NCBI GenBank assembly: GCA_003222635.1
Contig: QHWQ01000150.1
Span: forward strand, 11,307-75,306
Direction: 5' to 3'
Source: Acidobacteriota bacterium
GTDB lineage: Bacteria > Acidobacteriota > Vicinamibacteria > Vicinamibacterales > UBA2999
Length of the DNA: 64,000 bases
Shown in pieces: positions 1-7,285 of this stretch; the first letter of the stretch is position 1, and each line of letters starts with the position of its first letter. The notes beneath the pieces are model-generated. The model was not told the origin of the DNA and ran no database searches. It saw only the letters and a list, made by a program, of their open reading frames with translations. Both the position numbers and the translations under genes were made by a program.

Positions 1-1
1 C

Positions 2-505
2 GACGGCGCGCGGGAAGAAGACATGGAGGTCGTCGGCTCGGTCCTCAGGCGCATGAACGTCGAGTGCGGCATGCGCGGCGGCACGTTCGAGGTCAATCCG
101 TCGACGCCGAAGGCCGTGCGCCGCATCACGACCGGTCTCTGGCCAGGCTTCCCGAGCGATCTGGTGAGCCTCGTCACGGTCCTCGCGACGCAGGCGCAGG
201 GGCGCACGCTGGTGCACGACTGGATGTACGAGCTGCGCCTCTTCGCTCTCGAGCAGATGAGCGGCATGGGCGCGGATCTCTTCCTCGCCGACGCGCACCG
301 CATCATCGTCACCGGTCCGACCAAGCTGCGCGGCGGACGAATGCTCGACACACGCGATCTCCGGTCGGGCATGTCGCTCATCGCGGCCGGCCTCGCCGCG
401 GACGGCCAGACGCGCGTCGCGCCGCTCGAGACCGTCGAGCGCGGCTACAGTCAGCTCGTCGATCGGCTGAAGGCCCTGGGAGCAAAAATCGCCAAGGTGG
501 AGTAG
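2..505 (+). CDS. murA: UDP-N-acetylglucosamine 1-carboxyvinyltransferase, C-terminal part (5' end lies outside the window)
   Basis: ORF is open to the left edge. The C-terminal sequence (TGPTKLRGGRMLDTRDLRSGMSLIAAGLAADGQTRV...ERGYSQLVDRLKALGAKI) is typical of MurA. Confidence 0.85.
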   Translation, partial: DGAREEDMEVVGSVLRRMNVECGMRGGTFEVNPSTPKAVRRITTGLWPGFPSDLVSLVTVLATQAQGRTLVHDWMYELRLFALEQMSGMGADLFLADAHRIIVTGPTKLRGGRMLDTRDLRSGMSLIAAGLAADGQTRVAPLETVERGYSQLVDRLKALGAKIAKVE

Positions 506-634
506 CTTCGGCGTCGCACGAAGTGCGTACTCGCAACCGCGTTGGCTCGATTCCCGAGGAAAAGCGTCGGGCACACGGCATGCTCTGTCGACGATGTTAG
601 GATCGGCCATGCCGGCCGGTCGGAGCGAAGAGAC

Positions 635-934
635 ATGCCGACGGTGGACGAACGACTGGTGCAGATCGAGACCAAGATGATTCCGGATCTGCGCGACGAC
701 ATGCGACGCGGCTTCGCCGACGTCGCCGCGAGTCTCGATCGTATCGAGAAGCGGTTCGAACAGATCGACGGGCGTTTCGATCAGACCGACAAGCGTCTGG
801 AGCGCCTCGAGAGCCGTGTCGAGCGCTTGGATGAGAAGATCGACAGAGGCTTCATGTGGATCGTCAGCGCGCAGTTTACGATGATGGTCATCTTCATCGG
901 CGCGCTCGTAGCGGCCCTTCTGCGTACGTCCTAA
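635..934 (+). CDS. Small coiled-coil protein with a C-terminal TM helix (DUF1640-like)
   Basis: ATG at 635. Repetitive R/D/E heptad-like region (DRIEKRFEQIDGRFDQTDKRLERLESRVERLDEKIDRG) followed by a hydrophobic tail (FMWIVSAQFTMMVIFIGALVAALL). Confidence 0.5.
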   Translation: MPTVDERLVQIETKMIPDLRDDMRRGFADVAASLDRIEKRFEQIDGRFDQTDKRLERLESRVERLDEKIDRGFMWIVSAQFTMMVIFIGALVAALLRTS

Positions 935-938
935 ACTG

Positions 939-1154
939 ATGGCTATTCTCTTGCCTGCCGTACCGCTGACGGCGTTTCTGCTGTTCAACCACTATCTGAC
1001 GTGGGGTTGGCCGTGGCGGCCGCGCCGGTTGGACGATATGCCGGAGACGCGGATGGAGAAGTGGCAACGGGCGCTGGCGTCGGGAGTGACGTTGCTGGGG
1101 ATTGCGAACGTCTGGCTTCTGTTTCTCGTAGTCGGTCGGATCGCCGATCGCTAG
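939..1154 (+). CDS. Small two-TM membrane protein, function unknown
   Basis: 71-aa ORF starting 5 nt after the previous stop. Two hydrophobic segments flank a charged loop. No family recognised. Confidence 0.35.
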   Translation: MAILLPAVPLTAFLLFNHYLTWGWPWRPRRLDDMPETRMEKWQRALASGVTLLGIANVWLLFLVVGRIADR

Positions 1155-1466
1155 TCGCATCGCGCGGCCTACCGCTCGCAACAGCAAGCGGCGACGATGC
1201 CAGGATTGAAACCACGCCAGCGGACGGCACGCGGCGAGACCTTCCGTGGTACTCGCGAGTCTCGCTGTCGCTGCACTGGTCCTCACTCAGGTTGTCGCGC
1301 GGGTGCTGCCGTCGTGGTGGCTTGTCAGCAGCGGGTTCCTGGACTGGCCTAGTCGCCGTAAGGATCGCAAAGCACGCGATCGCGCTGCCCACCTCTAATC
1401 CGAGGTGTGAAGGCCGGCGGAAGCCGGGCCTTCACCTGGAGCGACGTCTCGCTGGCGAGCGCTTGC

Positions 1467-1820
1467 CTACGCTGGCGTGCCGGCGGGGAAGCTGCGCACG
1501 GCCTCGTCCTCGCTGTCGAACGTCTCGAAGACGTTCACGAGCTTGGAAATCACCAGCAGGTCGTGCAGCCGCCTGGTCAGATTGACGAGCTTGATCTGGC
1601 CGCCGTTGTTCTTCGCCGTCACGTAGGTGGCGACGAGCGCGCCCAGACCCGTGCTGTCGACGAAGGAGACGTTCCCCATGTTCAGGACGATCTGCTTGCG
1701 GCCCTGAAACATCAGGCTGTGAATCTTGTCCTTCAGCAGCGTATCGCCGTCGCCGAGTACGAGTTTGCCATTGAGGTCGAGAATGGTCACCGAACCCGAC
1801 GCGCGCTCCTGGATGGTCAT
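1467..1820 (-). CDS. STAS-domain anti-sigma-factor antagonist (RsbV/SpoIIAA-like)
   Basis: ATG at 1820 preceded by AGGAG. Translation is MTIQERASGSVTILDLNGKLVLGDG...VSFVDSTGLGALV...LTRRLHDLLVISKLVNVF, with the conserved DSTGL phospho-site motif. Confidence 0.8.
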   Translation of the reverse strand: MTIQERASGSVTILDLNGKLVLGDGDTLLKDKIHSLMFQGRKQIVLNMGNVSFVDSTGLGALVATYVTAKNNGGQIKLVNLTRRLHDLLVISKLVNVFETFDSEDEAVRSFPAGTPA

Positions 1821-2014
1821 GGTCGTCTCCTGCGGCTGGAAACCGGATTGTGGCTGGTTTAAGGCACGCGGATTATAGTCGTTCGCTATAATCCGCGCAT
1901 CCTTACTGGAGCGTATGAACTGCTGCACTATGGGTTGTGACAGGCCTTGGCTCGCGATCCTGCTGGCCCCGCCAGCGGCGCGGCCAGACTGTTGTTCGAA
2001 GTCCTGACCACCAG

Positions 2015-3643
2015 ATGACGGCCATGGCAGATGCGCGGCTCGAGGTCACCGACGGCGAGGGCCGGCGAGTCGTGATTCTCGACAAGCCGGCGTTCACCAT
2101 CGGCCGGCGTGGGACCAGCGATCTCCAGCTCACCGGCACCGACGTCTCGCGGCACCACGCCGAGATTCTGCGCAGCAACGGCCAGTATCTCGTTCGCGAC
2201 TGCGGGTCGCTCTGCGGGACGTTCGTCAACGGCATCCAGATCACCGAACGGCGGCTCTCGCACGGGGACATGATTCAGGTCGGGCGGACGACGGATGCGC
2301 AACTGGTGTTCTTGTCGGAGGATCGGCCGGCGCCCGCGGATGCGGGTGCGCGGAGCGGGGCGTCTGCCGTCGCCGGCGGCTTCCGGCAGATTGCGACGCT
2401 GCTCGAGGCGCTGCGCGGCCTCGGCGGCCTCCGCGTGCTCGACGAGGTCCTAGCGCTGGTGATGGACGCGGCGATCGATGTCACCCGCGCCGAGCGCGGG
2501 TTCGTCATGCTCGCCAACGAACGCGGCGAGCTCGAGACGAAGCTCGCCCGCACGCGCAACCGGCTGTCGCTGGGGGGCGAGCGGTTCGACACGAGCCGCA
2601 AGATTCCCGAGCAGGTGTTCGTGACGGGGGAGTCGGCGGTCATCCCCGACCTGCCGGATCTCGGCGGCCACGATCAGACGATCGCGCGCGGCATCCGTCA
2701 GGTGCTGTGTGTCCCGCTGCTGCTGGTCCGCTACGTGGACGATCCCGGCGCGCCGATCGAACCGAAGCCGATCGGCGTCCTCTATCTCGACAGCCGCGAG
2801 AAGGGCACCCTGTTGTCGCAGGCGACCAGAGACGCGCTGGAAGCGCTGGCGGCGGAAGCGGCGCTTGCGATCGAGAACGCGCGCCTCTATCGCGAAGCGA
2901 TCGAGAAGGGGCGCATCGATGAAGAGCTGCGGATGGCGTCGCGCATTCAGCAGGCGCTGCTGCCGAAGGCACGCACCCGCGGCACGTTCTACGACGCCAG
3001 CGGCACGTCCATCGCCTGCCGTGCCATCGGCGGAGATTTCTTCGAGTACATCGATCTTCCCGACGGCAGCTTCGGCTTCGCGCTTGGCGACGTCTCCGGC
3101 AAGGGGCCGCCGGCGGCGCTGCTGACCGCGATGCTGCAGGGCATCTTCTGGACGCAATCGTTCGCGCCAATCGAGCCCGCCCAGATGATCTCGCGCATCA
3201 ACACCGCACTGCTCGCGCGCGGCATCGACAACCGCTTCGCGACGATCTTCTTCGCCATCCTGCGTGCGGATGGCCGGCTGACGTACTGCAACGCGGCACA
3301 GAATCCGCCGCTGCTGTTCAGCGCGGCGGGTGTGCGGAAGCTCGAAAAGGGCGGCACGATCGTCGGCATGTTCGCAGACCCGCAGTACGAGCAGGAGGAG
3401 ATTCAGCTGGCCCCTGGTGATCTGCTCGCGGTCTTCAGCGATGGCGTGACGGAAGCGTTGAATGCGGCGGACGAGGAGTACGGTGAGGGGCGAGCGCGCA
3501 GCGCCATCGCGCCCAACTGGCTGGAGCCGAGCAACGCGGTGCTGCAGGCGCTCCTCGAGTCGGTGCGCGCGTTCGCACAGGGCGCACCGCAGAATGACGA
3601 TGTCACGGCGCTCATCGTCCGCTACACACCGACCAGACAATAA
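2015..3643 (+). CDS. FHA-GAF-PP2C (SpoIIE/RsbU-type) protein serine phosphatase
   Basis: N-terminal FHA (FTIGRRGTSDLQL...VSRHHAEI...DCGSLCGTFVNG), a central GAF region, and a C-terminal PP2C/SpoIIE domain (GGDFFEYIDL...GDVSGKGPPAALLTA...FSDGVTEA...NDDVTALIV). Alternative ATG at 2024. Confidence 0.85.
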   Translation: MTAMADARLEVTDGEGRRVVILDKPAFTIGRRGTSDLQLTGTDVSRHHAEILRSNGQYLVRDCGSLCGTFVNGIQITERRLSHGDMIQVGRTTDAQLVFLSEDRPAPADAGARSGASAVAGGFRQIATLLEALRGLGGLRVLDEVLALVMDAAIDVTRAERGFVMLANERGELETKLARTRNRLSLGGERFDTSRKIPEQVFVTGESAVIPDLPDLGGHDQTIARGIRQVLCVPLLLVRYVDDPGAPIEPKPIGVLYLDSREKGTLLSQATRDALEALAAEAALAIENARLYREAIEKGRIDEELRMASRIQQALLPKARTRGTFYDASGTSIACRAIGGDFFEYIDLPDGSFGFALGDVSGKGPPAALLTAMLQGIFWTQSFAPIEPAQMISRINTALLARGIDNRFATIFFAILRADGRLTYCNAAQNPPLLFSAAGVRKLEKGGTIVGMFADPQYEQEEIQLAPGDLLAVFSDGVTEALNAADEEYGEGRARSAIAPNWLEPSNAVLQALLESVRAFAQGAPQNDDVTALIVRYTPTRQ

Positions 3644-3678
3644 GGCGGGTGAGGCGGGTGGGGCGGTGGGGCGGGTGC
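3644..3678. repeat. G-rich repeat containing the core GGCGGGTGAGGCGGGT
   Basis: GGCGGGTGAGGCGGGTGGGGCGGTGGGGCGGGTGCGC lies directly after the TAA stop at 3641-3643. The same 16-nt core recurs at 14464-14496 and 52065-52110. Confidence 0.7.
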
Positions 3679-3680
3679 GC

Positions 3681-3950
3681 TCAGAACCCGTATTCGATTC
3701 CGAGCAGCGGCGACAGGCGATCGGCATCCCCGGCGCCACGTTCAGCTTGATGCCGGCCGCCTCGCTGGTGACAAAGTACGACCCGGTGACGAACTCGATG
3801 TTGGGAAAGTGACCGGCGCCGAGCGGTCCGCGTGCCTGAAAGGTCGTCCCGCCAGCGTGATCCGATCCGGAAGGGTTCTTCGCGATACCCGCTTTGACAT
3901 CGCCCGCGAGCACGCTGCCGCCGTTCCACTGATAGCCGACGTTGAGTGAT
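3681..3950 (-). pseudogene. Remnant of an outer-membrane beta-barrel protein (C-terminal ~90 codons, with a frameshift)
   Basis: Reverse translation gives ...LNVGYQWNGGSVLAGDVKAGIA...NIEFVTGSYFVTSEAAGIKLNVAPG, then in the +1 frame DADRLSPLLGIEYGF-stop, a typical barrel C-terminus ending in F. The shift lies in a GGGG run near 3725. The N-terminal part is missing, because the sequence abuts the stop of the upstream gene at 3951. Confidence 0.45.
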
Positions 3951-4727
3951 TCACACCGCCGGAAACGCCGCGAGCGTGAGCGCGGCGAACGTCTCCGCAT
4001 TGAGCGCGCCGGTCACCGGCAGCTGACGGTTGGTCTGAAAACGCTGCAGTGCCGTGCGCGTCGCCGGTCCCATCCGCCCGTCGACGGTGCCCGGAGAGAA
4101 TCCGAGGTACAGCAGCGCCGCCTGCGCCGTTCGCAATTCGAGATCCGGAAGCGAAGACGAGAGCATCGCAAACGCGGTGGCCAGCTTGGTGTCGTACTGA
4201 TTCTCCTGAAACTTCGGTCCGTTGTACTTGCTCGCGAATGTCGTCCAGTCGCGCGCCCGCAACGCGGCCGCGAGGCCCTTGGACGCCATGAATCTCACGG
4301 CGGTCAGCAGCTGCCCATTTTCATCCTTCACCGAAGCCGCGACCATCGCGGCGACGTCGGGGAAGCCGGCTTCGTGAAAGTTGGCGCCCATGACCTGGCC
4401 GACACCCCACGACGCGCTCTGCAGCGCGGCGGCCTGGTCGAGCGCGATCGCTTCTTCCAGGCGTGCGTACTCGCCCGTACCGCCGACGTATCCGCCGGAT
4501 GAGGGCGCGCTGATCTGCGGGTGCGACTGGTCGAAGCGGCCATTCGTGAGGCGGTGAAAGTAGTGTCGCTCGAACAGAATGCGCGGCCGGCGATCGGCGA
4601 AGAACCCGAAGCCGCTCGTTTCCACCGCGAGGACGGCCCAGAGCGCGGTCGCATCGACCGAGAGCTCGTCGGTCGCGGCGCGGACGCCGTCGGACGTGAG
4701 AGGTTGGCCGTGAGAGGCGAATTGCAT
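3951..4727 (-). CDS. N-acetylmuramidase-family (DUF3380-like) peptidoglycan hydrolase with a C-terminal PG-binding domain
   Basis: GGAGGTG RBS upstream of the ATG at 4727. Body sequence (ALWAVLAVETSGFGFF...RILFERHYFHRLT...SWGVGQVMGANF...FASKYNGP) resembles endolysin-type muramidases. The tail (AQAALLYLGFSPGTVDGRMGPATRTALQRFQ) resembles PG_binding_1. Confidence 0.7.
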   Translation of the reverse strand: MQFASHGQPLTSDGVRAATDELSVDATALWAVLAVETSGFGFFADRRPRILFERHYFHRLTNGRFDQSHPQISAPSSGGYVGGTGEYARLEEAIALDQAAALQSASWGVGQVMGANFHEAGFPDVAAMVAASVKDENGQLLTAVRFMASKGLAAALRARDWTTFASKYNGPKFQENQYDTKLATAFAMLSSSLPDLELRTAQAALLYLGFSPGTVDGRMGPATRTALQRFQTNRQLPVTGALNAETFAALTLAAFPAV

Positions 4728-4764
4728 TGGGCACCTCCGGAGGGAGGCGCGATTCTACCGCCGA

Positions 4765-6600
4765 TTAGCGCTGCGGGGGCGCCGGGGCGAGCGTTCCCGG
4801 AATCGGCTGTGCAGGCTGCGGCTGCTGGCCTGGCGACTGCGCCGGCGGCGCCGGCTGTGGCACGCCGGGCACGGGCGGCGCCGGCACGGGCGGCACGGTC
4901 ACCGGCGGCGTCTGGATGATCGGCAGGTCGATGAGCGGGGCGTTCGCGTCGTTGCTCACGCGGAACGGCCGCAGGTCGTCCTGGCTCAAATCGAGGACAC
5001 GGATGATGTGCGGCGTCAGCGTCAGGACGACGTCGGTCTGCGTCGTTTCCTTGTGGTTGCGCGCGAAGAGGCGCCCGATCACCGGCACGTCGCTCAGTCC
5101 TGGGATCCCTTCCAGCGTCGTCCGCTCGTCGTCGCGGATGAGGCCGGCGAGCAGGTTGGTCTCGCCGTCGCGCAGCCGGATCGCCGTCGTGATCTCGCGG
5201 TTGCCGAACGTCGGCAGCCCTCCGAATCCCGTTCCCAGCTGACTCGTCACGACGACCTTCAAGGCCAGCGAGACGTCGTCGTCATGATGCGTGCGCGGCG
5301 TGATGTCGATGTTCACGCCGATGTTCTGATACTGGAACGACGTGATCGGCTGCTGCTGGACGCCGCCCGTCGCAATGGGAGCGAACGTGGTCACCGGCAC
5401 GGGGACCTGCTCGCCGAAGCGCGCCTGCGCCGCGACACCCTCCGACGTTCGAAGCTGCGGGTTGGCCAGCGTGCGCGTGTTCGAGTCGCTCTTCAGCAGG
5501 CGATAGTAGAGCGCGGGCAGGTTCGTCAGGATGATGTCGGACTGCGACAGGTTGGTAAGATTCTCGAGCGTGAACTTGTCGCGGTTGATATCGGCCGTGC
5601 CGTTGATGCCGGGTGAGCCGGGGCTCGCCAGCTGCAGCCCGTATTCAAGCAGCTTCGTCCGGTTGACCTCGAGCAGCTCGACGTCGATCACCACCTCGGG
5701 CCGCGCCTTGTCGATCGCCTGAATGATGCGTCCGGCCGCGGCGACCCGTTCCGGCGTGTCCTTGATCGTCAGCGCGTTGGTCGCCGTCAACGGCGCAATC
5801 CGGCGCGCATCGACGACGATGCGCAGCAGGTCGATCGTTTCCTTGAGGTCGGCGTTGCTCAAGTAGAACGTGCGGACGACCTCTTCTTCGTACTCGCGGC
5901 GTTTGGCCGCCGTGTCGGGCACGACGGTGATGGTTCGCTGCGCGGTGACCTTGTAGAAATTCCGCGTCGCGTTCGACACCGCGGCGAGCGCCTGGTCGAG
6001 CGTCACGTTGCTCAGGTCGATCGTGATGCGATCGTCGCGGAACGTCGGATCGAAGACGATGTTGAGGTTGGCGTAGCGCGCGATGACGGTGTAGACGTCG
6101 CGCACGCTGGCATCGCGGAAGACCAGCGAGGTGGGCAGCCGCACGTCGGCCGGCAGCTCGAAGCCCGCCGGCCCGAGATTCTGCGACCTGTCGATCAACG
6201 TCTCGAGCTGGGTCTTGCCCTCGCTGCGCACGACCACGCGCGTTCGCAGCTGCTCGCGGATTCTGCGCAGCGCATCGTCGATGTCGCCGCTGGCCGGATT
6301 CATGTCCGCCGCGATCTGATATTCGACCAGCGCCTCGTCCAGCTTGTTCTGCGCTTCCAGCCGCCGGGCGCGCGTCAGATGATCCTGCGCCGCGCGCAGC
6401 TTCGCGCGCTGCAACGCCAGCTGCGTCGTCCGGTCGTTCGGGTGTCTCTTGAGGGCTGCCGCGTATTCGGCGACCGCGCGGTCGTAGTCCTGTGCCTGCT
6501 CGGCGAGCTGGGCCGAGCGGTAGGTTCCGGTAGTGGCGCACCCTGCGAGGGCGATCGTGAGCGCCAGGACAGCAGCGAAACGGCTAGTTGTGTGAGCCAT
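4765..6600 (-). CDS. Secretin (GspD/PilQ superfamily) with an N-terminal lipobox, a TPR region and a Pro-rich C-terminal tail
   Basis: Lipoprotein signal (LTIALAGC), then TPR-like helices (YDRAVAEYAAALKRHPND...NKLDEALVEYQIAADMNP). N-domains and a secretin core follow (ANPQLRTSEG...NIGVNIDITP...GIPGLSDVPVIGRLF...TPHII). The tail is PPVPAPPVPGVPQPAPP. Confidence 0.85.
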   Translation of the reverse strand: MAHTTSRFAAVLALTIALAGCATTGTYRSAQLAEQAQDYDRAVAEYAAALKRHPNDRTTQLALQRAKLRAAQDHLTRARRLEAQNKLDEALVEYQIAADMNPASGDIDDALRRIREQLRTRVVVRSEGKTQLETLIDRSQNLGPAGFELPADVRLPTSLVFRDASVRDVYTVIARYANLNIVFDPTFRDDRITIDLSNVTLDQALAAVSNATRNFYKVTAQRTITVVPDTAAKRREYEEEVVRTFYLSNADLKETIDLLRIVVDARRIAPLTATNALTIKDTPERVAAAGRIIQAIDKARPEVVIDVELLEVNRTKLLEYGLQLASPGSPGINGTADINRDKFTLENLTNLSQSDIILTNLPALYYRLLKSDSNTRTLANPQLRTSEGVAAQARFGEQVPVPVTTFAPIATGGVQQQPITSFQYQNIGVNIDITPRTHHDDDVSLALKVVVTSQLGTGFGGLPTFGNREITTAIRLRDGETNLLAGLIRDDERTTLEGIPGLSDVPVIGRLFARNHKETTQTDVVLTLTPHIIRVLDLSQDDLRPFRVSNDANAPLIDLPIIQTPPVTVPPVPAPPVPGVPQPAPPAQSPGQQPQPAQPIPGTLAPAPPQR

Positions 6601-7264
6601 CAGTGATGACATCGACGCCGCGCGGAATCCTGAAAGCAAACTCCTTATCGGATATTCCCTGATTTTCCTTCAAGTTCGTGAAAACCAGCGTCGATTCGCC
6701 CCCCTGCTTGTCTCTCGTCGTCAGCGCACGGATCTGAAGGGAGACGGGGTCGACGGTCACGACGAGGTAGTCGTAATCGGGCTCCGCATGGCGCGGCACA
6801 AGCTTCAGGGCGAGGGCGCCGGAGATCGTCGAATCGACGTAACTCGCTGAAAAATCACGGACGATGTCCCCCTTCCCGGCGAGGAAGAGCGCGGGCGTCG
6901 TCGCCTGATCGTCGGCAGGGACGCTGCTGACGATCACCTGCTTGTCCTGCGGGATGTACGAGTAGATCTTCACGCCGTCGGAGACGAACTCCTTCTTCTC
7001 GGGGTCCGTGTAGGTCCAGTGCATCCGGCTTGGCTTCTTCACGGAGACTTTGCCGCGCTCCTGTGTCTGAGTCTTCAGGACCCCGCCGCGGTAGTTGTGC
7101 GTGAAGTCGGCGGAGAAGTCCTTGATGCCCTGGTATCGCTGCTGGAGCGACTTCGCCAACGCCTCGGGCGCCGGCCTGGTCTGCGTCTGCGCGGCCGCCA
7201 CTGAGAGCACGGCGAACACGGCAACGGCCACTGCGAATGGTCGAGGTGACTGAAAAATGGTCAC
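6584..7264 (-). CDS. lolA: Outer-membrane lipoprotein carrier protein LolA
   Basis: Signal peptide plus LolA-like sequence (LQQRYQGIKDFSADFTHNY...GKVSVKKPSRMHWTYTDPEKKEFVSDGVKIYSYIPQD). It overlaps the secretin start by 17 nt. Confidence 0.8.
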   Translation of the reverse strand: MTIFQSPRPFAVAVAVFAVLSVAAAQTQTRPAPEALAKSLQQRYQGIKDFSADFTHNYRGGVLKTQTQERGKVSVKKPSRMHWTYTDPEKKEFVSDGVKIYSYIPQDKQVIVSSVPADDQATTPALFLAGKGDIVRDFSASYVDSTISGALALKLVPRHAEPDYDYLVVTVDPVSLQIRALTTRDKQGGESTLVFTNLKENQGISDKEFAFRIPRGVDVITDGSHN

Positions 7265-7285
7265 TTGAACCCTACGATAACAGCA

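Noticed and set aside
1405-1436. Terminator hairpin downstream of the STAS gene (GGTGAAGGCCCGGC-TTCC-GCCGGCCTTCACACC on the minus strand)
   Set aside because: The stem is plausible, but no U-tract follows. Support was too weak to list it as a feature, and the rest of the 312-nt spacer (1155-1466) shows no convincing ORF or RNA motif.
2450-4000. 516-aa ORF on the minus strand
   Set aside because: Most of it is antisense to the FHA-GAF-PP2C gene and reads as Arg-rich nonsense. Only its first ~90 codons (3681-3950) look protein-like, and those are reported separately as an OMP remnant.
635-4727. Prophage-type lysis cassette (XhlA/DUF1640-like coiled-coil protein, a two-TM holin-like protein and an endolysin-type muramidase)
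   Set aside because: The small membrane proteins and the muramidase are 3 kb apart, on opposite strands, and separated by the STAS/PP2C genes. No phage structural, integrase or terminase genes are present. The muramidase is better explained by its linkage to the secretin.
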